A stretch of DNA of 63,991 nucleotides, filler included, from Licmophora abbreviata (GCA_900291995.1; 40 parts of 40 records of this genome joined end to end with filler, not necessarily neighbours in it); one strand, 5' to 3'. Shown: positions 34,595-47,310, counted from the first letter of the whole stretch. Notes: a model not told the origin generated them from the sequence alone. Numbers and translations: made by a program.

Positions 34595-35307
34595 NNNNNN
34601 NNNNNNNNNNNNNNNNNNNNNNNNNNNNNNNNNNNNNNTTAATTAATTAANNNNNNNNNNNNNNNNNNNNNNNNNNNNNNNNNNNNNNNNNNNNCTCTCA
34701 CTTGACGCCGACCTCTAATGCTTACGCGTTCCGAATGATTGATTCCTCGCCTGGGATGGGTTCATTCCGAGCTTTTTTCGTTGTCTATCTATGATATAGA
34801 GTAGTTCTGAGATGCATCTCGTCGTCTTTGGAAATCGAAAGTAGACCATTGATTTACTGTGTGGTTTCCTTGTAGCACAGAAGGAAGCCACGACGAGAGC
34901 TTGACGTGGTCCTGCTGTTGCTGCTGCTGCTGCTGCTGCGACATGATGGTGAGGTGTGCGGTGCACGGTGGCGCCAAAGCAGCGAGTGGAAGCTCGTTAA
35001 GAACTCGAATGTAGGAGCTAGAGGCGGTGTCATGATATCCGGAGGGTAATACCGTATCATCCTAAAGTGATGCTTGTCGCCGCCGAGCGGTGTGTGGCGT
35101 CATGATCATGGCCATCAGCAATGTATGTTATTTACTAAAGGTAATGTATGTGCGAGTACCGGCGGCGAGCGATTGATTCATTCGAATCGCCTGAAGAGGA
35201 GCGTCGGACCCGGACTTGACTCATGGACACAGCAGGATGAGTCGAGTCCGCGACCATGGGCATTGATGTGCCTTCGGTCGCTATCCCTCTCTTCGTACAC
35301 ATTCACC

Positions 35308-36182
35308 ATGGCGTCCAACAGTAGACCGACGAGGAAAGAGGTGCAAGAAGTGCAGGAAATATTGAATGAACCGTTGACCGACAAGAAAGTTATGATCCCC
35401 TTTACGACTCGCGCCTTCTTTCCAGGAACTATACATCCGGAGAAATCCGACGAACGCAAAGAGCAGGTGCTTGTACGCATGGGAAGCGACAATCTAGTCG
35501 AAATGGAGCGTCACGAAGCAAGAGATTTTCTGGAGAAACGAGCAGAACTGATGCAGATGACTGCGGCTTTGCAGAGGACAAGAACCTCCTCGCCAAAGTC
35601 GAACTCCAACAAGGTCACTCCTTCGAAACCACTCACAACCGGATCGTCTGCGTTGCCATATTTTGAGATACGGGAAGAATACGATGAGAAGGGACGGCAG
35701 GTCCACGCTGAGGCTGTTAACGTTGTGAAAGAACTCGACTATCTGCAAAAGAGAGACTCGGAAGAAGCAGGCGGCGAGGCAGCTCGGACATCAGCAACAA
35801 GCGGTGACGACGGCGAATCCGACTTTCCGCATGATGCCGATGAATCGGAGAAGCCCACACATGTGTCTGACAGCGACTTTACTAGATTGTGGAGTCGGCT
35901 GGACGAACTAGAAAGGCTCGAAGAGGAGGCCAAATCGAAACAGAAAGAGAATCGTACAAGCGCCAAGAAGCTGCAGAGCCGAGGATGGGGCAGGGGCTTT
36001 CTGAACAAAGCACCCGCTTCAAAAAAGAAGCAAGTCAACGTAGAAGCGACTTTGACAACGCAAATAGACCAACCGCCTACTACGACGAAAAAAGTGGCTT
36101 TTCGGGAGGAGAACGAGGTGCGACAGATACCCAGAGTTGGTGACAGGTCAGCTTCTGACTTCCGACCTGCCCCGTCGCTACG
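35308..36182 (+). CDS. URI/RMP-like unconventional prefoldin, 3' truncated
   Basis: VMIPFT.RAFFPG.I, VLV.MG...VE...EA..FLEKR prefoldin-alpha domain, then EIREE and acidic region. Confidence 0.7.
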
Positions 36183-36282
36183 NNNNNNNNNNNNNNNNNN
36201 NNNNNNNNNNNNNNNNNNNNNNNNNNTTAATTAATTAANNNNNNNNNNNNNNNNNNNNNNNNNNNNNNNNNNNNNNNNNNNN

Positions 36283-36531
36283 GGTCTTGATATGGAGCCG
36301 CTACAGCAGATCGATCCGAAGCACAATTGCGAATGCAGCGCGGAACGGTTATTTCGGTCATTGCGACTCCTTCCGAAAGAAGAAGTCGATGACATTTTGG
36401 CCAAGGAGGAACAGATCGAGGCCCGCTGTCAGTTTTGTGGGAAGGAATACCGAATGAGTCCTGAAGAGGTAGCGGAACGCTTTGCAATCGCCAGTGGTGA
36501 CCCCTCCAAAGACAGCGACATGAAATTATAA
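36283..36531 (+). CDS. Hsp33 redox chaperone C-terminal Zn-binding domain
   Basis: CECS...CQFCG..Y motif. Confidence 0.85.
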   Translation, partial: GLDMEPLQQIDPKHNCECSAERLFRSLRLLPKEEVDDILAKEEQIEARCQFCGKEYRMSPEEVAERFAIASGDPSKDSDMKL

Positions 36532-36712
36532 AATGATTTGCTGTTAGCGTCATCGTCATCGTCACTATGGCTACAAGAGAAGCTGATTATCATGCTCACA
36601 ATCTCAGTTAGGAGAAGTAGGAGAACCTAGAGGGGATTATTTCTAGCTTCGTTCAATCGCTTAATTCCATCGACAGCACTTCTACACCGCGGCACTCTTC
36701 CCTGCAGTGCCA

Positions 36713-37557
36713 TCAGTCAGAGCTCGCGTCCTTACGATTCTCCCGCTTCCTTTCTTCATGACGACGACTGCGCTTATGCTCGTCACGGCGTCGATGTTTT
36801 CGCTTTCGTCGACGTCGTCGCTCATCTGTGTCATCTGATGCGGAGTCGGAGCTGGAACGCTTGCGATGCTGCTTGCGACGCCGGCTGCGCCTTTCCTCGT
36901 CGTCAGATTCATCATCTTCACTGCCGCTGGATTGGTATCGCTTTCGATGCTTCTTTCGACGCCTTTTCTTGTCACGCTTCTTCCGACTTCGCTCATGACG
37001 AGACGCCTCCTCTGACGAGCTGCTGTCACTACTACTACGACTACGACTCGCCTTCTTTCGTTTCTCCTTCGGGGCGACCCCTGCAGCCGACTCTACAAAC
37101 TCGTCTTCGGAACTACTTGTCTCTTGCCCAAGCAATTCTCGCAGGCGATCGTCCTTGGTGTCTTCCGCTTGCGCATCCGCTCGTCGCTTTTTGCCCCCCT
37201 TCAATCCCAGATACATTTTGCGAGCAAAGTCATCTCGCGACGCGTCTCTACCGGCCACATTCTGGTGTCTCGCTAGCTCCATCAAGCCACGCGCTCGTTC
37301 TGCGTCCTCCTCTCGCTGCGACTCTTCCTGTTGTTCCGACGCTGCTGCGTATGGATCGTGGCTAATTTTAATAGTACAGAACAGAGGAAATGGCGTATCA
37401 GATAACGGTACGAGTAAAGACAGCACGACCACGACGCTCGGCCTGGATGCATCACTCACCCAATGGTCTTGCTCCAAATATCGCTTGTCTTGAGCGCGCC
37501 GCTCGTCGACATACGATTGTTGTGCGGCATGCGCACTCTTCCGGCAGTGGCAGGCAT
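36713..37557 (-). CDS. CAX-interacting protein 4 (CXIP4)-like Arg/Ser-rich protein, two exons (37557-37460, 37361-36713)
   Basis: MPATAGRVRMPHNNR...IWSKTIG|HDPYA after splicing GTGAGT...TTAG; basic/Ser-rich tail. Confidence 0.85.
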
Positions 37558-37868
37558 GCTGAATTACTTATAGAGATAGGGATCGAGTCAGACTGGATGT
37601 AATCAGGGAGAGAAGCAACATATTATGATACGAAGCACATGCAGCTAGTCGTCGTCTCGTCGTGGTCCAACAGCACTGAGCACGGATGTGAGCGCAGACG
37701 GCAGAGAAAAAGTCGTGTCGCTTGTGGGCGCGTGTGTCTGTGTGTTGTCCTGTAGTACGAGTATGTACNNNNNNNNNNNNNNNNNNNNNNNNNNNNNNNN
37801 NNNNNNNNNNNNTTAATTAATTAANNNNNNNNNNNNNNNNNNNNNNNNNNNNNNNNNNNNNNNNNNNN

Positions 37869-39089
37869 CCCATTGTCGCCTCCGTGTCCTGCGGCGTCGT
37901 CATCATCGCCTGTATGATCGCCCTGGTTGGAGCTTCCGCCGTCGCCGCTATTGCCACGAGCGCTCTGTGCTCTGCTTCCTGACCGGCCACCGCCGCGTCC
38001 GCCACCTCTGCCTCTGCCGCCTCGTCCACCGCGTCCACCGCCATTGTCTCGGTTCCGTTGTTCACCGTTATCCGAATAGAATGCGATACCGCTCTCGTCA
38101 TCATGGAGAGACGGACCTTTCGATCTTTCCGGGATAAAATTGACCAGATAATCGAATGCGGCGTTGAGGTCGGTGGGGAATTTGTTGTCGCCCAGTACGA
38201 AGTCATTCTCAAGGTGGCGCACAAGTCCATGGTACCTCTTAGGATCAGCATTGTTCAAAAACTTCACTGCCAGGTATCGTTGGCGTACCCATTCTTCGGC
38301 GGCAGTGCGCTCAGCTGCAGTTGGAGTTGCGGGGTTGGTTGCAATAGTTGCGAGGCGGTCGGTGATGCTGTCGCCTTGTAGTCCAATGTACGAGTGAAAG
38401 CTGTTCACTGTCCTAACAGCCTCCTTGAATTTCTCGAAATAGTCGTGGTCTGACATTTTTCCTTGACGGCAATTGACCAGATTGGAGTCCGCCTCGGTAC
38501 ATGTTTGAACGATGTACCGGCGGGTCTGTCGCTGCTGCATGCACAGTTGGATTATGCGAAGCAGTTTCATCACGTCTGAGGTGGCATCGACTGTGCCCCA
38601 GTCGGCATGGGCCTCAACGCGATTGCGGAGGGCTTGTGAACACTGTCCGAGGACCAGTGGGTACGCTCGACCGGATATTTTGTCTCGGGAGCGTCTTTGG
38701 TCGTCATAATGACGCCTGGAGTTTTTCCACAGCTCGAACTGTACGTTCGATGCGTTGTCTGCCGGAGGTGCTGGCTCAACCAAAGCTGGGAGCTCTAATG
38801 CAATCATCCCCGTGCGAAACTCACCGGCATTGTCGTATGATTTTCCGATGTACTCAGCAATCTCTCGGGTAGTGGTGGTGAATGTCTCTTTACCGGCGAC
38901 GACGTCGTATACGTGTCCCTTGAGGTCTTCGCACTTCCCTTGGAATCCCGATGAGATTGTGGATTTCTTGGAGTTCTTTTTCTTATTGCGGCGGCGTCCG
39001 CCGTCTCTATCTGAAGAGTCAGCGCTCGGCAAGTTCCTGCCAGACTCGTCGCCGGCGTTACTCGCCTCGCGATCAGATTCGCGAGACAT
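37869..39089 (-). mobile_element. gag of diatom Copia (CoDi)-like LTR retrotransposon B, 3' truncated
   Basis: FQG..EDLKGHVYD, VLGQCSQAL, FL..AD.KRY..L...LEN.F..G...FP; same gag family as 22463-23305. Confidence 0.8.
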
Positions 39090-39110
39090 TCTGCTTTTGT
39101 TGTTGGCAAA

Positions 39111-39352
39111 TGTTAGATCCACAAGTGCCCTCTGAGAGCCTCCACACCACTTGTGGTGATGGACTAGCAAACAGAGCAGCAAGGGCTATCAAACTCTTTC
39201 AGTTCTAATAGAGAGGTTTGCCAACAACAATGAGAGGTTCAGAGCCTCTCATTGCTGTTGGCCACCTTTACACGTACTACGCGCCTAGATGACTCAGCCA
39301 TTCCTCCGGCGTCTGACGCACGCACGGCATCAGCATATGACTTTGCTTCAAC
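39111..39352 (-). mobile_element. Putative 5' LTR of element B ((T)GTTGA...CTAACA, about 243 bp)
   Basis: Contig ends one base inside the TG terminus; same CTAACA 3' end as LTR A. Confidence 0.65.
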
Positions 39353-39452
39353 NNNNNNNNNNNNNNNNNNNNNNNNNNNNNNNNNNNNNNNNNNNNTTAA
39401 TTAATTAANNNNNNNNNNNNNNNNNNNNNNNNNNNNNNNNNNNNNNNNNNNN

Positions 39453-40194
39453 CCTGCGCGCTGTCAGCCCCGGTGATATCGCCCGTGCCTCCGATCTGGC
39501 GCAGGGCGGGCCGGTGCATATGCATCTTGCCGAACAGCTGGCCGAGGTCGACGAGGTCAAGGCCGCCCTTGGTGCGCGCCCCGTCGAATGGCTGCTCGAT
39601 CATGCGCCGGTGGATCGGCAATGGTGCCTGATCCATTGCACCCAGATGCAGCCGCATGAAACCGTGGCCCTCGCCGAAACCGGCGCGGTGGCGGGCCTTT
39701 GCCCGATCACCGAATCCAGCCTCGGCGACGGGATATTCGACGCCGTGCGCTGGATGGGGGCGGGCGGGCGCATTGCCATTGGCTCCGATTCCAACATCCG
39801 CATCGCCTTGTCCGAAGAACTGCGCACACTGGATTATTCGCAACGCCTGCGGGACCATTCCCGCGCCGCCCTTGCCACGCCCACGCACAGCACCGGGCGG
39901 CGGCTCTTCGATGCGATCTGCGCCGGTGGGGCACAGGCCGCTGGCCGCGACAGCGGACAAATTGCGCCGGGCATGCTGGCCGATCTGACGGCGCTGGACG
40001 CCACCCATATCGACCTGCTCGATCAGACCGGCGACACGCTTCTGGATTGCTGGATCTTTGCAGGCTCCGACGCGCTGGTGCGCGATGTCTGGGCCGCCGG
40101 CCGCCACGTGGTGCAAGATGGCCGCCACCAGGCGCGCGACCGGATCACCGCCGCCTATGTGCAGGCCATGAAACCCTTGCGCGGCGCCTTATGA
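39453..40194 (+). CDS. hutF: Formimidoylglutamate deiminase (5' truncated)
   Basis: HMHLAEQ..EV, WCLIHCT, GLCPITE.SLGDG, GSDSNIRI. Confidence 0.93.
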
Positions 40195-40919
40195 ACGCAG
40201 GACCTCCTCCCAAAGGCTGGCAGGCGATCCAGGACGAGGTTTTGCGCCGCATCCATGCCCGTGACTGGCCCCCGGGCCATGTCATTCCCGGAGAAATCGA
40301 CCTCGCACGCGAATTCGGCTGCGCGCGTGCCACCGTCAACCGCGCGCTGCGTGCTCTGGCCGAGGCCGGTCTTCTGGAGCGCCGCCGCAAGGCTGGCACC
40401 CGTGTCGCTCTGCACCCGGTCAGCCGCGCGACCGTCGAGATCCCCGTCATCCGCCGCGAGATCGAGGATCGGGGCCACGCCTATAGCTACAGCCTGCTCG
40501 AACGCAGCCTTGCCCCCCCTCCCGCCGGGCCGCGCGCGACGCTTGGGCCGGACCCGGCCTTGCATGTCACCGCGCTGCACAGCGCCGATGGTGCGCCTTA
40601 CGTAGTCGAGGATCGCTGGATCAGCCTGTCCACCGTGCCCGCCGCCGATGACGCGCCGTTCGACAGGATCAGCGCCAATGAATGGCTGCTTTCTCATGCG
40701 CCATTCACCCATGGCGACATCGCCTTTTCCGCCGAAGCCGCAAGCGACAAGCAGGCGGACTTGCTGAGCACCGCGCCCGGAACGCCGGTATTCGCCATCA
40801 CCCGTGTCACTTGGGATCACGCGCAGGCAATCACCGTCGTGCGCCTGATATATGCGCCGGGCTACAGCATCCACAGTGTGATTGGCGGCATGTCAGCCGA
40901 TCCGCGCGCCGCGCCCTGA
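40191..40919 (+). CDS. hutC: GntR/UTRA histidine utilization repressor
   Basis: PGE..LA.EFG.AR.TVNRAL..L...GLLERRRKAGTRV and SANEWL; ATGA overlap with hutF. Confidence 0.88.
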   Translation: MNAGPPPKGWQAIQDEVLRRIHARDWPPGHVIPGEIDLAREFGCARATVNRALRALAEAGLLERRRKAGTRVALHPVSRATVEIPVIRREIEDRGHAYSYSLLERSLAPPPAGPRATLGPDPALHVTALHSADGAPYVVEDRWISLSTVPAADDAPFDRISANEWLLSHAPFTHGDIAFSAEAASDKQADLLSTAPGTPVFAITRVTWDHAQAITVVRLIYAPGYSIHSVIGGMSADPRAAP

Positions 40920-41348
40920 TGCCTCAGCCNNNNNNNNNNNNNNNNNNNNNNNNNNNNNNNNNNNNNNNNNNNNTTAATTAATTAANNNNNNNNNNNNNNN
41001 NNNNNNNNNNNNNNNNNNNNNNNNNNNNNTTCGCACGAGGTCCCATAGACCCCTGGTCCCAAATTCATGTCGAAACGTCAGGTAGATAGTCGCAACCACT
41101 CAGGTCGACTTCATGGGTCCATGGGTTCTTGATGTGAGTACTCGGTACACGTACAATTGTTCGTAGTAGGTGGTTCAGATGTGGCTGGTACCTGGTACAC
41201 TACCTGGAACGAAATGGGTACTAGTGGCCTTTGATGGGGTAACGCTAAGGTACAGTTTTCGAGAAACAGGAATGGAACCCGAAGCAATAGCTACTACGTA
41301 GCAGCAAACTAGTCACACACGCTAGTAGAAGAAATTAAAGCACGGCCT

Positions 41349-42503
41349 CTAGTTCTTCCCTGGACATAGAGATGAGACTGCTTCCCGCAAATTCGACCGT
41401 AAGATTGTTGTATTGACGATCAAATTGGACTGAACAAATTCAAGTCTTGGACAGTCGAACCGGTAGTCTTTACACTGCTCCATCATGTTCACCAGTCGCG
41501 TGTTGTTGTGAGGCAAATGTCCAAGCGAAAACACGTAGTTTTTGCCGAATGCCTTGGCATTCGTAAAGGGATCTTTGTTGTAGAGGACGGAACCTATCTC
41601 GATGATAGAAACTTCGGAAGGAGAAAACATCATGTTCACCAGATGCGATCCATGACTTGTTATCAAAATATCAAAAGAGGAACGGAATAGAGACACTTGC
41701 TCATTGAAGGAAGATGCAGCGTTCAAGGACAAGATCGAGACAGGAACGTCCGTAAACTCACGTACAACCCTCTTGATATCGTCCATGTTGATAAGCAGCC
41801 TAAGAGCGGACCCCTCTGTTCTCCTCCAAACGGCAATACGCAAGCGCTTTGCACACTGTAATTTCTTACTGACGGAAACCAACTTTGTTTCTTTTACAAA
41901 CTTCTGCCACTCATCCACAACTGAGCGTGGGTTCGTTCCGAGGTACAGCGCTCGAGAGAAGGGCTCCTGGTACACTTCTGCTCCGCATATCACAACATCG
42001 GTCGTCTTTATACCTGGTCTCATTTCACGACTAAGAATTTTCTCCCTCAACATATTTTGGTAAGGCAGGTACATGCTACGTTGATCTCTCCGACCCGCTA
42101 CAACTCCACGAGAAACAGCATATTCCCATACTAGATTGCTCATCCTTTCTCCCCAATCCCAGTGAGGGAGCATGCAATGATGATACAAGAGCAGATCAAA
42201 ACGGAGTGATGAATTGGAGTAGAAGCCAGTTGCGGCAACAAAGAGCTTCCCGTGTGCCATTATAAAGTGAGAGGGGTTCACAGCTTTCTCCCCCAGCCGA
42301 TTGCAGTTCATAGTCAAGACTCTGTTAGCAAAGGAAACCTTTGTGAGGGTACGATACGTTTCATAAGGAACCAACCAAGGTCTTCTTGAGCCCATCACTG
42401 AGCCCAGTTTCTCGGTGAATGAGTTCCAGTCCACAGAAGATTGATTTGTAATTGGGTCAGGCACGTCAAAGACCATCATGCCATCACGTCGAGAAAAACA
42501 GAC
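41349..42503 (-). CDS. Glycosyltransferase family 61-like protein (5' truncated)
   Basis: NPSHF, RR...R.L.N, SFNEQV.LF...DILITSHGS.L.N.MF...SIIEI. Confidence 0.75.
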   Translation of the reverse strand, partial: VCFSRRDGMMVFDVPDPITNQSSVDWNSFTEKLGSVMGSRRPWLVPYETYRTLTKVSFANRVLTMNCNRLGEKAVNPSHFIMAHGKLFVAATGFYSNSSLRFDLLLYHHCMLPHWDWGERMSNLVWEYAVSRGVVAGRRDQRSMYLPYQNMLREKILSREMRPGIKTTDVVICGAEVYQEPFSRALYLGTNPRSVVDEWQKFVKETKLVSVSKKLQCAKRLRIAVWRRTEGSALRLLINMDDIKRVVREFTDVPVSILSLNAASSFNEQVSLFRSSFDILITSHGSHLVNMMFSPSEVSIIEIGSVLYNKDPFTNAKAFGKNYVFSLGHLPHNNTRLVNMMEQCKDYRFDCPRLEFVQSNLIVNTTILRSNLREAVSSLCPGKN

Positions 42504-42603
42504 NNNNNNNNNNNNNNNNNNNNNNNNNNNNNNNNNNNNNNNNNNNNTTAATTAATTAANNNNNNNNNNNNNNNNNNNNNNNNNNNNNNNNNNNNNNNNN
42601 NNN

Positions 42604-44070
42604 TTGGTTGGCTTACAGCGTCAAAATTGAGACAGCTTGCAATGAAGTGAAGAAGCCGTATCTGTATACGGAACGCACTACAACGCCTGCGACTGCATCG
42701 GATTCCGCCGATTTCGCCACCGCGTTGTACAAGAAACTTCCGTCGTTGGCACTGTCTTCCTTCATTGGTGATGATAAGACTTTCTACCAGTGTCACGGCA
42801 TCGAGATGTTCCAACGATTGGTGACTTTGTACGAACCTACGACATCGTTGGCCTTACAGAGTTTAGTGTCGGCCCTCATGACTATCAAGATGGCACCGGC
42901 CGAATCCTTCTCCGCCTACAAACTACGAATTGAACAGATGAATCAACGCCTTCGTTCGGTTGGTCAGGCGATTCCGGATCCCATGCTCATCCATGTGGCT
43001 CGACGTGGTTTGACGTCGGACTACAAGGACATGGTAACGCTGGCGGAGACTGGTACTCTTGTTTTCTCATCATTCTCGGAATTTGCTGATCGCTTCCAGG
43101 AATATGAGACAGGACGATCATCTGCAACTGGTCTTCCCGCCACTTCTACTGGTGTGTATGGATCGGCCAGGGCTGCTAATGGCTCCACGCCACCTGCAAC
43201 CTCCTCCAAGCCGTCGAATGAGCGTTCGTCCGATGCTACGTCGGATACAACGACCGCTTACGACTGGAAAGGGGCTGTGAACTTGTCTCTTCCTCAGGTC
43301 CAGACACTTCGGTCGAGCTTCGCGTGTCCATTGTGCCGAACCAACGATCATCGATTTGCTGAGTGCCCGGCTTTGAAGGCTTTCGACATCCGTCGAAAAC
43401 CCAAAATGCAGTCCGCGACGTCCAAGGAGTCGACAAAGAATGCCTCTACCAAGCCGTCTACCTCGGTGTCCCCCAAGGACGATAAGAAGATCACATGGGC
43501 TGCACGAGTGGCTTCGAGCACCATCTCTACGTCTCCTCCACTGGCTGAAACGACACTCAACAAGGATCACCAAGGCAAGTGGATATCTCCTGTAAAAACT
43601 GTATCATGCAATTTTCCCAGTGATTCTCCATGTTCGATGTCTTCCATCACATCATCTCGTTCCACTAACCGATTCTCTCCCCTACAGGATGAGGAATTGG
43701 TTGATATGGGGAATGAGAATGATAGTGATGTCCGACTAGACATGGAGGATCCTGGGATTTGTACTGCAGATACGGATTTTACAGTAGATAACCCCACTCT
43801 AGTGGACAATATTGGATATGTCATCCCGTCGTCTGCTCCTCCGGCTTCCAGTGTTTGCTTGGGTAGCATCGATGCAGTCTCGGTTCCGGCTACATCGACA
43901 CAGTTTTGTCCGTCGTCGATCGTGGTGGATAGTGGATCCACGCATCACATGGTTCCCCATCGTCGTGATTTTCGGGAGTACACCGCCTTCCCTGTGGACT
44001 CTCATCACGTGAAGTTGGCTGATCAGAGTGGTACGTTACCTGTTTGTGGTATTGGATCTTGGGTTTTCCG
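42604..44070 (+). mobile_element. Copia gag-protease fragment, same family as 28294-29796
   Basis: CCHC knuckle CPLCRTNDHRFAEC; shared DHQGKW.SP..NRFSPLQDE; VDSGSTHHM. Confidence 0.9.
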
Positions 44071-44285
44071 NNNNNNNNNNNNNNNNNNNNNNNNNNNNNN
44101 NNNNNNNNNNNNNNTTAATTAATTAANNNNNNNNNNNNNNNNNNNNNNNNNNNNNNNNNNNNNNNNNNNNGTATTTCGCAAACACGTACGTCAGTCAATT
44201 TTTCAAATTTTGAAGTGGTGTCACGCCCCGATTTGTTCTTTTGGATACTTCTTTCTCCTTGCTTGCCCACCATACACTCGGTCGT

Positions 44286-45640
44286 TCAGGTCTTTGATGT
44301 GTGGTTGCTTGGCACGATGGCTCCAGCATCATCACGATCCACATCTGGAAAAGGTCCAATGTCTTCTTCACCTGCCAGCAGGATGCCGCCTCCATGGGCA
44401 CACCCTGCGCCGCATCCGTCTATGCTGCTGCTGCCACCACCACCATTCAGGCAACCTGCCACGCCCTTCCCACCGTCACCGTCCTTCCAACGGTATGGAC
44501 CGATACCGCCACCCACCAGAGTTGCTTCATAGTGTGCACGGTTGCATGTCGGGCTTATACGCCTAATGTGGCAAAGTGAATCGGTAACGGCAATGATCCC
44601 AGAAAGATGAGTGTTGGAGCGTACACTCCCGCCTCGTGCAAAATTCTCCTCCTCTGTCCATGAGCGGTATTCATCAACATGCCGTGCCCCAATACTTCGT
44701 CCAATGGCTGATCCACTGTTCACAAAGAATTCATCATTCGACACGGCATACACATCCCGATCATACTGCATCACGGCTGTGATTGCAAGCATATAGAGCG
44801 GCAGGGAACGCTGCTGACCACCAACCCGGCCCGATACGTTATTCTTCACCCCCAGATGGCAAGCAACATCATGGCCGAGGAGATTGTCTATTTCTGCGTC
44901 CAGGAAAGTTTGTAGCTTGACCCGCATTTGGACACGGCCCAGGACGTCGGCCCTCTTGTCTCCTTTTGCCAGACGGTAGTAACTTTCCATTGGATTATTG
45001 TTCGGCAGCAACCCGGCTACCCCGGTTGCATTCTGCCACCATAGGCCCCTTGATGGAGATGATGGACCATAGTTCCTAGAAAAGAAGTCAGCAAAGTTGT
45101 TCTCACCACGGGAATTCCACCCAGCGATGCAACTTGCAAATGCCTGCTGGAAATGGAAGCGGGTTCGACAGCGATGAAGAAGATTGATGCTAGCTGTAAT
45201 GTATCCTTGGTTGTTGCCGTCGACGAGCTTAGCTCTCCAATCAGGCTTCTCCCTCATACTCCGTGAGATGTGTGGCCAACACAGACACTGGACCAGGCCC
45301 GGGAGTACCTCCTCAATACCACCACGTATCGCCTGTGAAAAATCAGACACTACCAGTTGAAACTGAAGTGGGAACCCAAAAACTTTCACGCATACTTTCT
45401 GGGCAGCGTAGAGCAGAACAACCACGGCATCTCTTTTCTCAGTGGCTGTCACCATATGGAAGAAGGGGCGCATGGAGCGCGTGACTGAACTAGGATTCTG
45501 ATTATTGCGGATGTCAACATTACAAGTCCCCATTGTGATCAGTGTTGTGTTGTCAGATAGTAGCTTTTCCGTTGCGTCAATATGCACAAGACGGTGGGAA
45601 ACGTGAACGTTCGTATGGAAATCAAAAAGGTTCCATAGGA
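44286..45640 (-). mobile_element. MULE/Mutator-type DDE transposase fragment
   Basis: HIDAT.K, VVSDFS.AI, CWPH, NNNPMESY. Confidence 0.75.
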
Positions 45641-46737
45641 NNNNNNNNNNNNNNNNNNNNNNNNNNNNNNNNNNNNNNNNNNNNTTAATTAATTAANNNN
45701 NNNNNNNNNNNNNNNNNNNNNNNNNNNNNNNNNNNNNNNNTTGCTGTCACTACAATTTCCACGTAGAGATACTCGAGGTCTCGAGGTCTTGGAGAGCCGG
45801 GTGATGACACGTTTTGTGCGCCTCTCCTGCCACTCATTTCCTCCTACAGGAAGGATATCCGTCATGGTACTTGTATACCGTTGGTTCATATCCTGGATCG
45901 GCGTGTCTTGGGAATCTAGGATCAAAAATGGAAGCCGTTTCATGGACAGGAACCCGAAGCGGTGAAGCGGTCGGGCACCGACCATCAACTGATGTTGAAT
46001 TGACACTGCCTTTGTTTCCTTATGGAATCCACACATCCACACTAGATTTTGTGAGCCACAGTTAGACCCAGGTCAACGAAACCACCTAGAGCAGCCGTCA
46101 TCCCTGATTGAGTTAAGCTCTCGGTCGGCGAGCTTGGCGAAATGAACCAAGCTGGACTTGTATCGATGCGAGACTTCGTCTCCTTTTAAGGAACTCTTCG
46201 TCAACTATACCACGACATGGGAAAAGCGTGGCAGATGCACGTGGGAGAACCATCAGAAAGAACGAATTCTTTTGATGGCGGCAGAGCAGATACTTGAAAT
46301 CCTTATCCAGCTAGTTTTGAACTCAAGTGTCTCAAGCCCTACGCTATGTGTACAGCAACCTCGCGAAGCCTTTCGCTTCGTCGACAAGCCGTAAATCTCA
46401 GACAAACGTTTTCAGAACGTCTTTCCGGAGCAGTGGAAGGCCACGAAGAAGCTAGGCGCATAACTGGCGTTAATGGTAGGATGCGGTCTACGAGAGCGGG
46501 CATGTACGGTATCAGGATTGAATTTGCTAATGCCCACACCAACATGGCTGGTACAGACGAGTATAGAACAAGCAGAGTCGGGCTTGAAATCTATCATATT
46601 GCATAATGACGGAGAGTGGTGGCGACTGAAAGACAATGGCGACGTATTGCATGATAGTCTCTAGTAATTCGGGCACTCCAGTGCTCCAGCGATACCGTAT
46701 AATCACCGAAGTAGTAACAGTAAAGTGATCACGGCAT

Positions 46738-47210
46738 CTAGGTCTTCCCTGGACAAAGAGACGAGATGGCTTCCCGCAAATTCGATCGTAAGATATTTGT
46801 GTTGACAATCAAATCTTGCTGAGCAAATTCCCTTTGTGGAAGCTTAACCTTCTTTTTCTTTTGTTGCTCCATCATTGCAACCAGTCGCGTATTGTTGTAT
46901 GGCACATGTCCAAGCGAATATATGAATTTTTTTACAAATGCCTGGCCGTTGAAGTAGGGACCTTTGTTGTAAAAGATTGAGTTTAGCTCGATGATGGCAA
47001 CTTCGGATTGAATGAAAATCATGTTTACCTGATGCGATCCATGACATGTTATCAAAATGTCAAAAGATTGGAATAGAGAAACCTGATCCATGAAGGTGGA
47101 TTTAGAGTCCACCGAAGCAACGGCGAGCGGTATGTCAGAAAATTCGCCGACGACCCTCTTGATATCGTCCATGTTGACAAGTAGCCTCAGGGCTGTTCCT
47201 TCGGTTCTCT
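46738..47210 (-). CDS. GT61-like C-terminus, paralog of 41349-42503
   Basis: MDDIKRVV, FDILIT.HGSH..NM, ILRSNLREA.SSLCPGK shared. Confidence 0.75.
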
Positions 47211-47310
47211 NNNNNNNNNNNNNNNNNNNNNNNNNNNNNNNNNNNNNNNNNNNNTTAATTAATTAANNNNNNNNNNNNNNNNNNNNNNNNNNNNNNNNNN
47301 NNNNNNNNNN

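Noticed and set aside
39699..40919. 406-aa ORF as a fusion protein
   Set aside because: The real hutC start is ATG 40191. The upstream part is an alternative frame of hutF.
45741..46664. Fragmented ORFs, possibly a decayed gene
   Set aside because: Multiple stops and frame changes and no family I can name.
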